Positions 1 to 10,300 of a stretch of 64,000 nt of DNA are shown in pieces. The first letter of the stretch is position 1. Each line of letters starts with the position of its first letter. The position numbers and the translations under genes were made by a program. The notes under the pieces are model-generated. The model was given only the letters and a program-made list of their open reading frames with translations, was not told where the DNA came from and searched no databases. Location of the stretch: assembly GCA_963663385.2 (NCBI GenBank), contig CAXXXD010000004.1, positions 1,120,001 to 1,184,000 on the forward strand. The letters run 5' to 3'. The stretch comes from Oceanispirochaeta sp. GTDB lineage: Bacteria; Spirochaetota; Spirochaetia; DSM-2461.

Positions 1-263
1 GGCGTCCGGGAGCGGTCCACAATCAGAAGGTCTCTGCTGCGGATCCCTTCATCCTCCATGGAGTCACCGTCCACCCTGACGGTGAAGGTAGCCGCCTGGT
101 TGCTGACGAGGTAGCTGTTGAAGTCCAGGATTTCCTCGCGGTAGTCTGCGGCAGGGGAGGGAAAGCCCGCCTTGATAAAATCGCCGTAGCAGGGTATGCC
201 TGGAAGGCACCCTTCGCTGCCGGAAGGAGGGCGGAAAGCCCGGGGAATGACACCTTTTGCCAT
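1..263 (-). CDS. umuD: UmuD/LexA-like S24 peptidase (DNA polymerase V subunit), 3' end outside window
   Basis: Manual translation from ATG 263 (frame missing from the ORF track): MAKGVIPRAF...IKAGFPSPAADYREEILDFNSYLVSNQAATFTVRVDGDSMEDEGIRSRDLLIVDRS; AGFPSPA cleavage region and GDSM Ser motif; no N-terminal HTH. Confidence 0.85.
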   Translation of the reverse strand, partial: MAKGVIPRAFRPPSGSEGCLPGIPCYGDFIKAGFPSPAADYREEILDFNSYLVSNQAATFTVRVDGDSMEDEGIRSRDLLIVDRSRT

Positions 264-332
264 TTGTATTCCTTCAGAGTGCCCTGAAGAGCTTATGCAG
301 TCAGAAACAGGGATATGCATCTGTACAATATT

Positions 333-356
333 TATACTATTCATATGTATAGTATA
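333..356. promoter_or_regulatory. 24-bp near-perfect palindrome upstream of umuD, candidate SOS/repressor operator
   Basis: TATACTATTCATATGTATAGTATA, one mismatched pair, 70 bp upstream of the umuD ATG. Confidence 0.45.
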
Positions 357-404
357 TTGCTATAAAGAGGAAATTGTCAATTTGAATGAGCCCCTAAACC
401 GCTA

Positions 405-1004
405 CTATTTGAAGCTGCTGAAGAGATCCTCCAGATCGACAGTGAATCCATCGAGAACCCGGGAACTGAGAATCCCTTTTTTATCCAGAATTTCTTCATC
501 ATCATAGCGGTTGTTCGTTCCCCGGCGGAAAGCCAGTATGGCCCGGGCATTCGGATCGACCACCCAGTACTCCCGTACGCCGGAGCGTTCGTAGAGGCGG
601 AATTTTTCATTCATATCTTTTTTTGATGTATAGGGGGAAAGAATCTCCACAATGAAATCGGGAGGCCCCATGCAGCCCTTGTCAATCAGTTTTTCCGGAT
701 CGCAGATAACCGAAAGATCAGGCTGTACAACCGTATCGATTTCATCTTCTTTCTGATCCGGTTCCGCAGGGATAAAAACATCGAAAGGAGCAATGTAGGC
801 TTCACAATCCCTTCCTTTCAGAAATGTTTTGAGTCGGGATCCGATTTCCAGTGCAATCCATTGATGAAAGCGCGAAGGAGCCGGGCTCATATTCCAGGCC
901 ACTCCGTCTATCAGCTCCCAGCGTTCATTTTCGTGCCAGGTCCGGTAGTCGGCGTATGTATAAATCCGGTCCTGTTTCCGCAAAGCTTCCCCCATCGTCT
1001 TCAT
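405..1004 (-). CDS. Uma2 family (DUF820) PD-(D/E)XK endonuclease
   Basis: RWELIDG, MSPAP, VQPDLSVICD, PDFIVEILSP, YERSGVREYWVVDP. Confidence 0.9.
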   Translation of the reverse strand: MKTMGEALRKQDRIYTYADYRTWHENERWELIDGVAWNMSPAPSRFHQWIALEIGSRLKTFLKGRDCEAYIAPFDVFIPAEPDQKEDEIDTVVQPDLSVICDPEKLIDKGCMGPPDFIVEILSPYTSKKDMNEKFRLYERSGVREYWVVDPNARAILAFRRGTNNRYDDEEILDKKGILSSRVLDGFTVDLEDLFSSFK

Positions 1005-1110
1005 ACCTCCAGTATATTGCTCTACACCGGATTAATACAGAAAAGTTTCATCTACTGCTTCAATTAATATTATTTCTCACGCCATACTCCGAGCATAGCC
1101 GTATTGATTC

Positions 1111-1127
1111 CAAGCGGAGCCGAGGGG
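1111..1127 (-). repeat. Short palindromic intergenic repeat (CCCCTCGRCYNCGCTYG family), copy 1
   Basis: Minus strand CCCCTCGGCTCCGCTTG immediately after the ppk2 stop. Confidence 0.5.
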
Positions 1128-1931
1128 TCAGTACCTGTCCGGCACAAATCTCTGATGTTCGATCGGGGGGCGGTCGTAGGTCCCTTCTGTCCGGGGAGGC
1201 AGAACGATATTCTCGGAAGGAACATCTCCGTAGGGGATCCGGGACAGAAGGTGGCTGATACAGTTAAGGCGGGCTTTTTTCTTGCTGTCCGCCGGAACTA
1301 CGTACCAGGGGGAATCATCTATATCGCAGTGTTTGAACATTTCATCCTTGGCCCTGGAGTAGTCCTCCCAGCGTTCCCGGGATTTCAAATCCATAGGGCT
1401 CAGCTTCCAGCGTTTGGTCGGGTCGTCTATACGGCTCCGGAAACGTTTCTCCTGCTCTTCATCGGAGACGGAAAACCAGTACTTTACCAGGATAATCCCG
1501 GAGCGGATCAGCATCTTTTCGAATTCGGGGCAGGAGCGGTAGAACTCTTCCCACTGATCAGGGGAGGTAAAACCCATAACCCTGTCGACGCCCACGCAGT
1601 TGTACCAGCTCCGGTCAAAAAGGACCATCTCTCCCGCAGCGGGGAGGTAGGGGACATAGCGCTGAAAGTACCACTGACTCTCCTCCCTCTCGGAGGGCTT
1701 TCCCAAAGCGGCTACATGGCAGACACGCGGATTCATGGATCCGGTGATCCTTTTAATGGCGCCGCCCTTACCGGCGGCATCCCTGCCTTCGAAAAGGACA
1801 ACGACTTTCAGCCTCCTGAATTTGATCCACTCCTGAAGCTTTACCAGTTCTATCTGCAGCCTGGCCAGTTCTTTTTCGTATTTCTTCCGGGATAGTTTCT
1901 TTGTTTCGCCTGAGGCATTGTTCCGGTCCAT
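1128..1931 (-). CDS. ppk2: Polyphosphate kinase 2
   Basis: FEGRDAAGKGG Walker A, FDRSWYN, KRWKLSPMD; start taken at ATG 1931 (ORF extends to 2039). Confidence 0.92.
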   Translation of the reverse strand: MDRNNASGETKKLSRKKYEKELARLQIELVKLQEWIKFRRLKVVVLFEGRDAAGKGGAIKRITGSMNPRVCHVAALGKPSEREESQWYFQRYVPYLPAAGEMVLFDRSWYNCVGVDRVMGFTSPDQWEEFYRSCPEFEKMLIRSGIILVKYWFSVSDEEQEKRFRSRIDDPTKRWKLSPMDLKSRERWEDYSRAKDEMFKHCDIDDSPWYVVPADSKKKARLNCISHLLSRIPYGDVPSENIVLPPRTEGTYDRPPIEHQRFVPDRY

Positions 1932-2054
1932 TTGCGGGGCTCCTTTAATACCATCATATACCATATTCTGCCTGGCCGCAGAGTTTTTAACTGCCTGTCT
2001 GCATTTCTCCGGGATTTCAGAAGCGGCCGGACTGTTCATTTTATTCAGTCGTTA

Positions 2055-2585
2055 TCAGGGGGGCGTAACCATATCCTCTTCCAGATAACGGTTCACCTCC
2101 TGTGAAGAGGCGGCGATGGGGCCGCTGACGAGGACAGGGGGCTCCTGTATCTTCTCGGCGTTCATCATGGTTGCCAGACGCTGAAGAGAGGCAAGGAGCA
2201 TATTTTTTTCCCAGTTTTCCAGCTTGTCGAATTCATCGACAAACTCCTCCTGCAGAAGGGAGGGATTGGTCTCAAGGATGGTTTCCGCCTTTTCTGTCAG
2301 GTAGATATTTACCTTCCGTTTATCCTTGTCGCTGCGGTGCCGGCGGGCAAAACCCTGCTGCTCCAGGCGGTCCAGTATGCTGGTTACAGTTGCCTGTGAA
2401 AGGCTTACCTGACGGGATATTTCGGATATGGGTTTATCCGCTGATTTCCGGATCTCTTTCAGAACAATAAGCTGGGGACCGGTCAGACCGTATCGCTTGG
2501 TCAGTTTTTTGGACTGCAGATCAATGGCTCGTATTATCTGTCTTAAGGTGGAGACTACCTCTTCCGCCGTTTCATGCTGATCCAT
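2055..2585 (-). CDS. MarR-family regulator, EctR/CosR-like (compatible-solute regulator)
   Basis: LRQIIRAIDLQSKKL..YGLTGPQL, SQATVTSILDRLE, DKRKV; divergent from proXVW. Confidence 0.8.
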   Translation of the reverse strand: MDQHETAEEVVSTLRQIIRAIDLQSKKLTKRYGLTGPQLIVLKEIRKSADKPISEISRQVSLSQATVTSILDRLEQQGFARRHRSDKDKRKVNIYLTEKAETILETNPSLLQEEFVDEFDKLENWEKNMLLASLQRLATMMNAEKIQEPPVLVSGPIAASSQEVNRYLEEDMVTPP

Positions 2586-2790
2586 TAAGACCTCTTTCTA
2601 TAGGAATTAGGAGTACAATATCACCTTTATCAATAAATTGTAAAGAATGCTAATGGTTATAATACTAAATATTTGTACTGGAACTTCTGTGAAGGCTTTA
2701 AGTGCTTTGAATGCCTCTTGGAATAGATTCTTTTGGCAATAATTCTTTGCTTTTAATGTTTTGATACAGTGATTTGATCCTGACAGGGGT

Positions 2791-2825
2791 TTGACATTAT
2801 TCGATATTGTCTTTAGAGTGCTAAA
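2791..2825 (+). promoter_or_regulatory. Sigma70-type promoter of proXVW with an inverted repeat over the -10 box
   Basis: TTGACA (2791-2796), 17 bp, TAGAGT (2814-2819); TTTAG-AGTG-CTAAA at 2812-2825. Confidence 0.6.
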
Positions 2826-2853
2826 TAAATATACTATTTTAAATGAGGTTAAT

Positions 2854-3804
2854 ATGCGGAAAATAACTCTATTTCTTATGATTGCAACAATATTTATTCC
2901 CCTCTCTCTGACTGCAGAAGGTCAGCAGGATAGCGGAGTCAAAACAATTGTGTTCGGGGATGTCTCCTGGGACAGTGTTCAGGTGCATAACCGGATAATG
3001 GGTTTTATTATTGAAAACGGTCTGGATGGGTATAAAGCGGATTATATAGCAGGCGATACTGTTCCTGTTATCAATGGGGTCATCCAGGGAGATATTGATG
3101 TGGATATGGAATCCTGGCATCAGAATGTTCCTGAAATCTACAAAAAAGGAATCGATTCCGGTAATATGGTCAATCTGGGAAAGAACCTTCCCGACGGTCC
3201 CCAGGGCTGGTGGGTTCCCCGCTATCTGGTGGAAGGCCCCGGTGCCCAGGCGCCTGATCTGAAATCTGTTGATGACCTTCATCAGTATGCTCACCTTTTT
3301 AAAGATCCTGAAGATCCCTCCAAAGGTGTTATCTATGCTGGTGTGGCCGGTTGGGGTCAGCTGACCACATCAGAAGAGTATTTTGATAAATACAATCTGC
3401 ATGATGATTTTAATATGGGTGTCGCCGGATCCGGAGCAGCTCTTGCGGGTACTATGGTGGGTGCTTATAAAAAGGGTGAGCCCTGGGTCGGTTACTACTG
3501 GGCTCCCACAGCGGTTATGGGAAAACTGGATATGGTCCGCCTGAAAGGAAGTGAGTATCCTGCGGCGGATATTGATATCCTTGTTAACAGCTCCATGCTG
3601 GAAGAAGCTCCCGAAGTTGTGGAGATTCTGAAGAGATATTCAACAACCGTAGAAGACAACAATGAGTTCCTGTCCGAGATGGATACAAATGGCTGGGATG
3701 CGGTACAGACTGCCGAATGGTTTCTGAAAAACAAGGAATCCGTCTGGACGCAGTGGGTTTCCTCCGATGTAGCCGCCAAAGTTAAATCTGCAGTCAAAGG
3801 ATAA
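2854..3804 (+). CDS. proX: Glycine betaine/proline ABC transporter substrate-binding protein
   Basis: Signal peptide, WDSVQVHN, DIDVDMESW, GEPWVGYYWAP; first gene of the operon with proV and proW. Confidence 0.85.
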   Translation: MRKITLFLMIATIFIPLSLTAEGQQDSGVKTIVFGDVSWDSVQVHNRIMGFIIENGLDGYKADYIAGDTVPVINGVIQGDIDVDMESWHQNVPEIYKKGIDSGNMVNLGKNLPDGPQGWWVPRYLVEGPGAQAPDLKSVDDLHQYAHLFKDPEDPSKGVIYAGVAGWGQLTTSEEYFDKYNLHDDFNMGVAGSGAALAGTMVGAYKKGEPWVGYYWAPTAVMGKLDMVRLKGSEYPAADIDILVNSSMLEEAPEVVEILKRYSTTVEDNNEFLSEMDTNGWDAVQTAEWFLKNKESVWTQWVSSDVAAKVKSAVKG

Positions 3805-3807
3805 TTC

Positions 3808-5070
3808 ATGCCAGAAAAGATCTTGGAAAATAGTCCCTCCGGGGACCTTCCCGAGGCTGAAGACAAGCCTCAGATTGTCATAAAGGATCTCTGGAAAATC
3901 TTTGGACGGGATCCGAAACGGATTCTGAAAAAGGAATTCAGGAATCTGGGAAAAGAGGAGATCCAGGAGAAAACCGGCTGTATTGTGGGTATGCGCAATA
4001 TCAATCTTAGCATCGAGAAGGGTCAGTTCTATATTCTTATGGGGCTGTCCGGCAGCGGCAAATCCACTCTGGTGAGGAATCTGATCCGTCTGGTGAATCC
4101 CACCAGCGGAACCATTACCGTAAACGGTGAAAATATCACGAAAATGAGCCATGAACAGCTCCTCCAGTTCCGCCGGAAGACCTTCGGCATGGTTTTTCAG
4201 CACTACGGCCTGTTGCCCCATCTTACTGTTCTGGATAATGCCGCCTATGGTTTGAAGGTCCGGGGTGTTCCCAGGGGCGAGCGTTATGCCAAAGCCATGC
4301 GAACCCTGGAGACAGTGGGGCTGAAGGGCTGGGAGGACTATTATCCAGGTTCGCTCTCCGGCGGTATGCAGCAGCGGGTCGGACTGGCCCGTGCTCTGGC
4401 AAATGAACCGGAAATCCTGCTGATGGATGAACCCTTCAGCGGTCTGGATCCTCTTATCCGCAGACAGATGCAGGACGAGCTGGTGGAACTGCAGGAGACC
4501 CTGCGGAAAACCATCATCTTTGTTACCCACGATCTGCATGAAGCCCTGAAACTGGGCGACCGAATCGCTATCATGCGGAACGGTGAGGTTGTTCAGGAAG
4601 GGACTCCCGAAGAGATTGTCACCCGGCCGGCGGATGATTATGTTCAGGAATTTGTCAGGGACGCATCTCCTGCCAAGGTTCTTACAGCAGGAACCATTAT
4701 GGAGGAACCTCAGGTGCTGCTGTATGAATGGGAAGGTCCAAAGACAGCCCTTACCCTTCTGCACTCCAACAAGAGAAAATCGGCTTTTGTTATAAATAAA
4801 AGCAGAAAACTGCTGGGAGTGGCTACAGATAAAAACCTTGAAAAACTGCTGAATACGGATAACCGCCCCAGGGGAATCCCCCTCGAGTATATCAAACAGG
4901 TTTCAACTGTAACAGAAGATACCATCCTGGAAGATCTGTTTCCTATTGTTTCCGAAAACCCCTATCCCATTCCAGTAGTGGATAAAGAGGGCCGTTTTAA
5001 AGGAAAGGTTACGACCGACCAGATTTTTGAATCCATTTCACCAGTTGAGGAAGGAGAGGATGATGATTGA
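3808..5070 (+). CDS. proV: Glycine betaine ABC transporter ATP-binding protein with CBS domains
   Basis: GLSGSGKST, LSGGMQQRVGLARAL, DEPFSGLDPLIRRQMQDEL, C-terminal CBS pair. Confidence 0.92.
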   Translation: MPEKILENSPSGDLPEAEDKPQIVIKDLWKIFGRDPKRILKKEFRNLGKEEIQEKTGCIVGMRNINLSIEKGQFYILMGLSGSGKSTLVRNLIRLVNPTSGTITVNGENITKMSHEQLLQFRRKTFGMVFQHYGLLPHLTVLDNAAYGLKVRGVPRGERYAKAMRTLETVGLKGWEDYYPGSLSGGMQQRVGLARALANEPEILLMDEPFSGLDPLIRRQMQDELVELQETLRKTIIFVTHDLHEALKLGDRIAIMRNGEVVQEGTPEEIVTRPADDYVQEFVRDASPAKVLTAGTIMEEPQVLLYEWEGPKTALTLLHSNKRKSAFVINKSRKLLGVATDKNLEKLLNTDNRPRGIPLEYIKQVSTVTEDTILEDLFPIVSENPYPIPVVDKEGRFKGKVTTDQIFESISPVEEGEDDD

Positions 5071-5908
5071 TTTTCCTGATATTGTAGGTATTCCTCTGGC
5101 AAAATGGGTTGATACCATTATGGATTGGCTGCTGACTCACCTGGATGGTTTTTTTGATGCCATCGGTTTTGTTATTCTGCAGGTTGTCAACGGATTTGAG
5201 GCGCTGTTTCTCCTTGTTCCCTGGTTTGTTATGATTCCTCTGGTCGGTCTGGCCGGCTGGAAGCTGATCGGGAGGTGGAAAACCGGTGCGGTTTTTATGA
5301 TTCTCATGTTTATGATAGGTACATTCGGATACTGGGAACTGGCGATGAGGACATTGAGTCTTGTTATTGCTTCGGTTTTCTTTTCTCTTCTGATCGGTAT
5401 CCCCACAGGGATTAATATGGCCAGAAACGACAGGACTGAAACAATTCTGAAGCCTATGCTGGATATGATGCAGACCATGCCCAGTTTTGTTTATCTGATC
5501 CCCGCCCTGATGTTCTTCGGAATGGGAAAAGTTCCGGCCATGTTCGCTACCATCATATATGCTGTCCCGCCGGTTATAAGACTGACCAATGTGGGGATAC
5601 GTACGGTTGATGTAGAGGCTGTCGAAGCTTCCAAGGCTTTCGGGGCCACACCCCGGCAGGTTCTGTTCGATGTACAGCTTCCCCTGGCGAAACCTTCCAT
5701 TATGGTGGGAATCAACCAGACAACCATGATGGCTCTGGCCATGGTGGTAATCGGTTCCATGATCGGCGCCAAAGGACTCGGTATGGAAGTGCTTCTGGCT
5801 ATCAGCCGGATTGAGGTGGGCCGCGGATTTGAGGCGGGGCTGTCCATTGTATTCCTGGCTATCATAATCGACCGGATTACCTTCTCTTTTTCAGAGCACA
5901 GCAAATAA
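5060..5908 (+). CDS. proW: Glycine betaine ABC transporter permease
   Basis: LDMMQTMPSFVYLIP, IRLTNVGIR, EASKAFGA (EAA motif), GINQTTMMAL. Confidence 0.92.
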   Translation: MMIDFPDIVGIPLAKWVDTIMDWLLTHLDGFFDAIGFVILQVVNGFEALFLLVPWFVMIPLVGLAGWKLIGRWKTGAVFMILMFMIGTFGYWELAMRTLSLVIASVFFSLLIGIPTGINMARNDRTETILKPMLDMMQTMPSFVYLIPALMFFGMGKVPAMFATIIYAVPPVIRLTNVGIRTVDVEAVEASKAFGATPRQVLFDVQLPLAKPSIMVGINQTTMMALAMVVIGSMIGAKGLGMEVLLAISRIEVGRGFEAGLSIVFLAIIIDRITFSFSEHSK

Positions 5909-5927
5909 TATAAGACTCCCTCTCCCC

Positions 5928-5944
5928 CCCCTCGGCTTCGCTTG
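5928..5944 (+). repeat. Short palindromic intergenic repeat, copy 2
   Basis: CCCCTCGGCTTCGCTTG inside a larger CCCTCTCCC...GGGAGAGGG hairpin after proW. Confidence 0.5.
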
Positions 5945-6021
5945 CCGCGGGAGAGGGCGGCATATTTCTCCCCTCCGGGGGAGGGAATGACAAAATCCGT
6001 CTTACTCACTACAATAGCCTG

Positions 6022-7383
6022 ATGCGCCTTTTATCACCCCGGCAGAATGACACGCTCAAACCTCTGGTTGTTATAGCCCTGCCGGTTATGATGACCAATA
6101 TGGTGGAAACCCTCTATAATCTGACGGACACCTGGTTTCTGGGACGTCTGGGGCCTGAAGAGCTGGCGGCTCCCTCCATCTCTTTTAATCTGGTAATGCT
6201 GATTATCCTTCTGGGGAATGGTCTGGCTTCGGCGGGGACGACCCTGATCGCCCGTTCTGTGGGGCAGAATAACAGGGAGAAGGTTGATTTTTACCTGGGG
6301 CAGATGACCATGTTTCTTCTGTTGAGTTCCCTTATCATGGGAGCAGTCGGTTATTTCTTTTCCGGAACCTTTCTCTCCCTGATTCATACACCGGAAAATA
6401 TGATCGGAATGACCCGGAACTACATCGAAATCATAAGTCTGGGCGTTCCCTTTATGTATGGTTTTTTTATCCTTCAGGCTGCCATGCAGGGGACGGGGAA
6501 TACCATGGTGGCTCTGCGGATACAGCTGACGGCCACAGCCGTGAATATTCCTCTGGATGCACTTCTTATATTCGGTTCTGGTCCGCTGCCGGGAATGGGG
6601 GTGGAAGGCGCAGCCATTGCAACGGTTGTATCCCGGGGGATTGCCTGTTTTTCCGGAATCATTATACTGGTCCGCGGGAACAGGGGAATGAAGCTGAAAA
6701 AGAAGAACCTTCCTTTTCGAAGGGATGCTGTTTCTCTTTTTCTCAGGCTGGGACTGCCCGCCGCATTGAGTCATGCCGGTTCCACACTGGGATTTACCGT
6801 AATGCATGGTATCGTCAATACATTCGGTACGGCGGTAATTGCGGCATTCGGGATTGTAAACAGGGTGCACTCAATCTTCTATATGCCTATTCAGGGCCTG
6901 GCTAAGGGCGTTACAACCGTAGTGGGCCAGTCTCTGGGAGCAAAAGAAGAGAGTCAGGCGGGAAAGGCTATTTCCACAGGAACCCTGCTGGCTTTTCTTC
7001 TAATAACCCCCGGAATGATTCTGACCTTTTTCTTCGGCGGGAATTTTATCCGTTTCTTTCTGGATTCCCCCGAAGCCATAGCAGAAGGAACAAGGCTTTT
7101 CCGGATAATATCGCCATCGGTGGTCATTTTTGCTATCTTTATGATATACGTAGGGGCCTTTCAGGGAGCCGGGGATACCCGTTCCATTATGATCATGCAC
7201 CTCGGGCGGCTCTGGGGTATCCGCCTGCCTGTAGCCTGGCTTCTGGCGGTCCGCCTGGATCAGGGGGCTCCGGGTGTCTGGTATGCCATGTTTATTTCCA
7301 ATATGCTGATTACCCTGATCGGGTATCTGCGTTATAAAAGCAATAACTGGGTGAATGCCCTGAAAGATGTAAAGGACGAATAG
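6022..7383 (+). CDS. MATE family efflux transporter
   Basis: About 12 TM segments, YNLTDTWFLGRLG, NIPLDALLIFG..GMGVEGAAIAT, QGAGDT. Confidence 0.9.
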   Translation: MRLLSPRQNDTLKPLVVIALPVMMTNMVETLYNLTDTWFLGRLGPEELAAPSISFNLVMLIILLGNGLASAGTTLIARSVGQNNREKVDFYLGQMTMFLLLSSLIMGAVGYFFSGTFLSLIHTPENMIGMTRNYIEIISLGVPFMYGFFILQAAMQGTGNTMVALRIQLTATAVNIPLDALLIFGSGPLPGMGVEGAAIATVVSRGIACFSGIIILVRGNRGMKLKKKNLPFRRDAVSLFLRLGLPAALSHAGSTLGFTVMHGIVNTFGTAVIAAFGIVNRVHSIFYMPIQGLAKGVTTVVGQSLGAKEESQAGKAISTGTLLAFLLITPGMILTFFFGGNFIRFFLDSPEAIAEGTRLFRIISPSVVIFAIFMIYVGAFQGAGDTRSIMIMHLGRLWGIRLPVAWLLAVRLDQGAPGVWYAMFISNMLITLIGYLRYKSNNWVNALKDVKDE

Positions 7384-7394
7384 GAACTGTATTT

Positions 7395-10300
7395 GTGAGA
7401 ATCCTCCCGGATGAAATATCAGAGAATAGAATATTCCAGTCTCATCTTCCCGAAGCCAGGGCTTTTACGCGTGAGAACCGGGTTTATAATCTGAAACAGA
7501 CCGATACGGAACTGAAGGGTTTTGTACTGGGGGGGGAGCCCATGCCTCATGAGGTCCTGCTCCGTTACAGACCGGAACCGGAGGGAAAGGGACAGTATCT
7601 GTGGCGTTGTGAGTGCGGCAGTGAAGACCCCTGTGTGCATCTGGCTTCTCTTATCCTCCGTTCCGCGGATCTGGGACTGGATAAGGAGCACTGGCTTTCC
7701 CTGCTGGAAAACCGGATCAGCAGCGCCGTGCCCGCAGCTTTTCCTGTTGACGACGGGGAAGGGCTCTCTCTTTTCTCAGGCGACCTTTTTTCCGGGGGCT
7801 CACAGGATCGGAAACAGAATACAGTTTCGGCGGCTGTTCGGGAAGCTCCTGCGGATCATAGTGATATTCCGCTCTTTATGAACCTGGGAGAGGACGATTT
7901 CCTTCTTCAGCAGGAAGCGCCCCGTTACGATCTGGTCTTTACCCTGACTGAATCTCCGGGAGAAGGAATCCTTGTCCGTCCGGCGCTGATACGGCTTCGT
8001 GAAGGCGTACGCAGCGGGGGAATCGCACGGTACAAAGCCTCCCGTCCGGTTTCACCCCCTGCGGGAGCAGCTCTTAAACTGCTTAATCTTCTGACAGAAG
8101 AGGAGAACGACTCTCTTCCTCTGGAGAAGTGCCTCCCCCTGGTATTGGAGCAGGGAGAGCTGTTTACCACGGCTAAAGACGGAGTCTCTGTTTTTCATGC
8201 GGATTCTGTGGAGGTGGTATTCCGTTTTCAGGAACTGCTGGGAGATGACCGCCCCCTGTATGCCCCCGAGTTCCGTTTTACGGGAGGGGCTCCGGAGGAT
8301 GAGACCCGGGACGGGCTTAAGGATACTTTTGTTCTGCGGGATTACAGGAAGCTGATTATACGCAGCGGCCGGGTGTTCTGTCTGGATCAGCGGGAAGGGC
8401 GTCTTATTGTATTGAAAGAGGATTCGAATACCTCTTTTTTTCTGAACCTTCTTCTTTCAAAAAGTCAGGGATTTCTGGCGGCGGATATCAGGGGAGTGCT
8501 CCGTCTGGCAAAGGACCTGAACAATCACTGCCTTATTCTGAATGAAAACTACCCGCCCGTTTCAATCCGGAGGGCCGAACCGGCCTGTGTGTTGAAGCTG
8601 CGGAGCCGCCAGGATAAAACAGAGCTCTTTTTCTTTTTCCGTTATGGCAGTACGGATATCGCCTACCAGAATCAGACATTCTGGCTTCCTCCGGAAGCCC
8701 CCGACAGCGCCGGGGTTCTTCTGATACAGAAACGGAACAGGGAGAGGGAATCCGAACTGGTTCAGGAGGTAGTGGAGCGTTTTACCGATTACCTTTCATT
8801 TGAAAAGGGGTACTATGCCCGTCTGGTTAATGAGAACAGGGAAGGGGACCTTCGTCTGGATCTCTCTCTGGAGGAATTCCTGGCCTGTTACGCGAAATCC
8901 CTCCATGAGGCGGGAGTGGAGCTTCAGCTTGAGGACCGGAAAATCAGCGGCGCCGGGGCTGTCCGTTTCAATGTCAAGGGAAAAACCGACTGGCTGGAAG
9001 TGGATGCCATGGTGGAAGACCCCGATACGGAGGAACTGCGGTCTCTCTTTTTTGATGATCATTTTCAGACGCTCGGTCTGATCAGTACGGGAAACTCCTA
9101 TATTAAACTGAAGGATGCCCAGTTACGGCAGCTTGAATACCTGCGCCGTCAGGGGATGAGCGATGACGGTCAGCTGGAAACCTCTTCTGCCAATTTTTCA
9201 CTGGTGGACCATATTTACGAACAGGTTATGGACCGGGAGGACTCTCCGGTAGAGGATGTTGTCTCCCGGGCCCGGGATCTCAGGCTTACATTTGAACAGG
9301 ATCTGCTCCCTCAGCCTGAAACGGTACAGGCGACCCTCAGGCCCTATCAGCTGACAGGGTATAACTGGCTGAGGAAACTGCATGATATGAACTGTATGGG
9401 GTGTCTGGCAGACGATATGGGGCTGGGGAAGACCCTTCAGACCCTGAGCCTGCTTCAGTCTCTCAAAGAGAAAGGGGGACTGAAAACCTCTCTGCTGGTG
9501 GCGCCTGTTGTAACCCTGGCGAACTGGGAGAGTGAAATCGCCAGGTTTACACCGGATCTGGGATTCTACCGCCATGCCGGATCAAACCGCCATGATTCTG
9601 CCGAACTTTTCAGGCAGTACGACCTGGTAATCGTCAGTTATCATACACTCCGGAATGATGTGGATATCTTTCTGGATATGGCTTTTGACTATATTATTCT
9701 GGATGAAGCACACTATATAAAAAATGCTTCCTCTGTGATTTTCAAGGCCATCAGGTCTCTTAAGAGCAGCCATCGTCTCTCCCTGACGGGGACCCCTATC
9801 GAAAACAATACCCTGGAACTCTGGTCGCAGTTCAACTTTCTCAGTCCCGGCCTGCTGGGATCTCAGAAGGAGTTTATAGAACGTTTTGCCCAGCCCATTG
9901 AAAAGAAAAATGATAAAGAAGCCCTCAGTATCCTGCGGGATACGGTTTCTCCCTTTATCCTGAGGCGGAAAAAAGAGGATGTGCTGGATGATCTGCCTCC
10001 CAAGGAAATTATTGTCCACTACAGTGAGATGACCGGTTCGCAGGCTGAACTCTACCATAAGTACCGGGATTACTACCGGGCCCGGGTTAAGGGGCTGCTG
10101 GATGAAAAGGGGCTGGCCGGTTCCTCCATGCAGATCTTTCAGTTTCTGCTGAAGCTGCGGCAGCTGGCCATCTATCCTCCCATGACCGGTCCGGAAGGGG
10201 CCGATGCCGGTTCCTGCAAGATGGATGCCCTTAAAGCTCTGCTGGAGGAAGTTCTGGAAGAGGATCATAAAATCCTGATATTCTCCCAGTTTCTGGGTTC

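Noticed and set aside
23..253. 76-aa minus-strand ORF in the track
   Set aside because: Wrong frame; the umuD frame starts at 263 and runs off the window
1104..1895. 263-aa plus-strand ORF (likewise 3640-4764, 6034-6870, 44277-45260, 50558-51811, 54296-55432)
   Set aside because: Antisense shadows of well-supported genes with no motifs of their own
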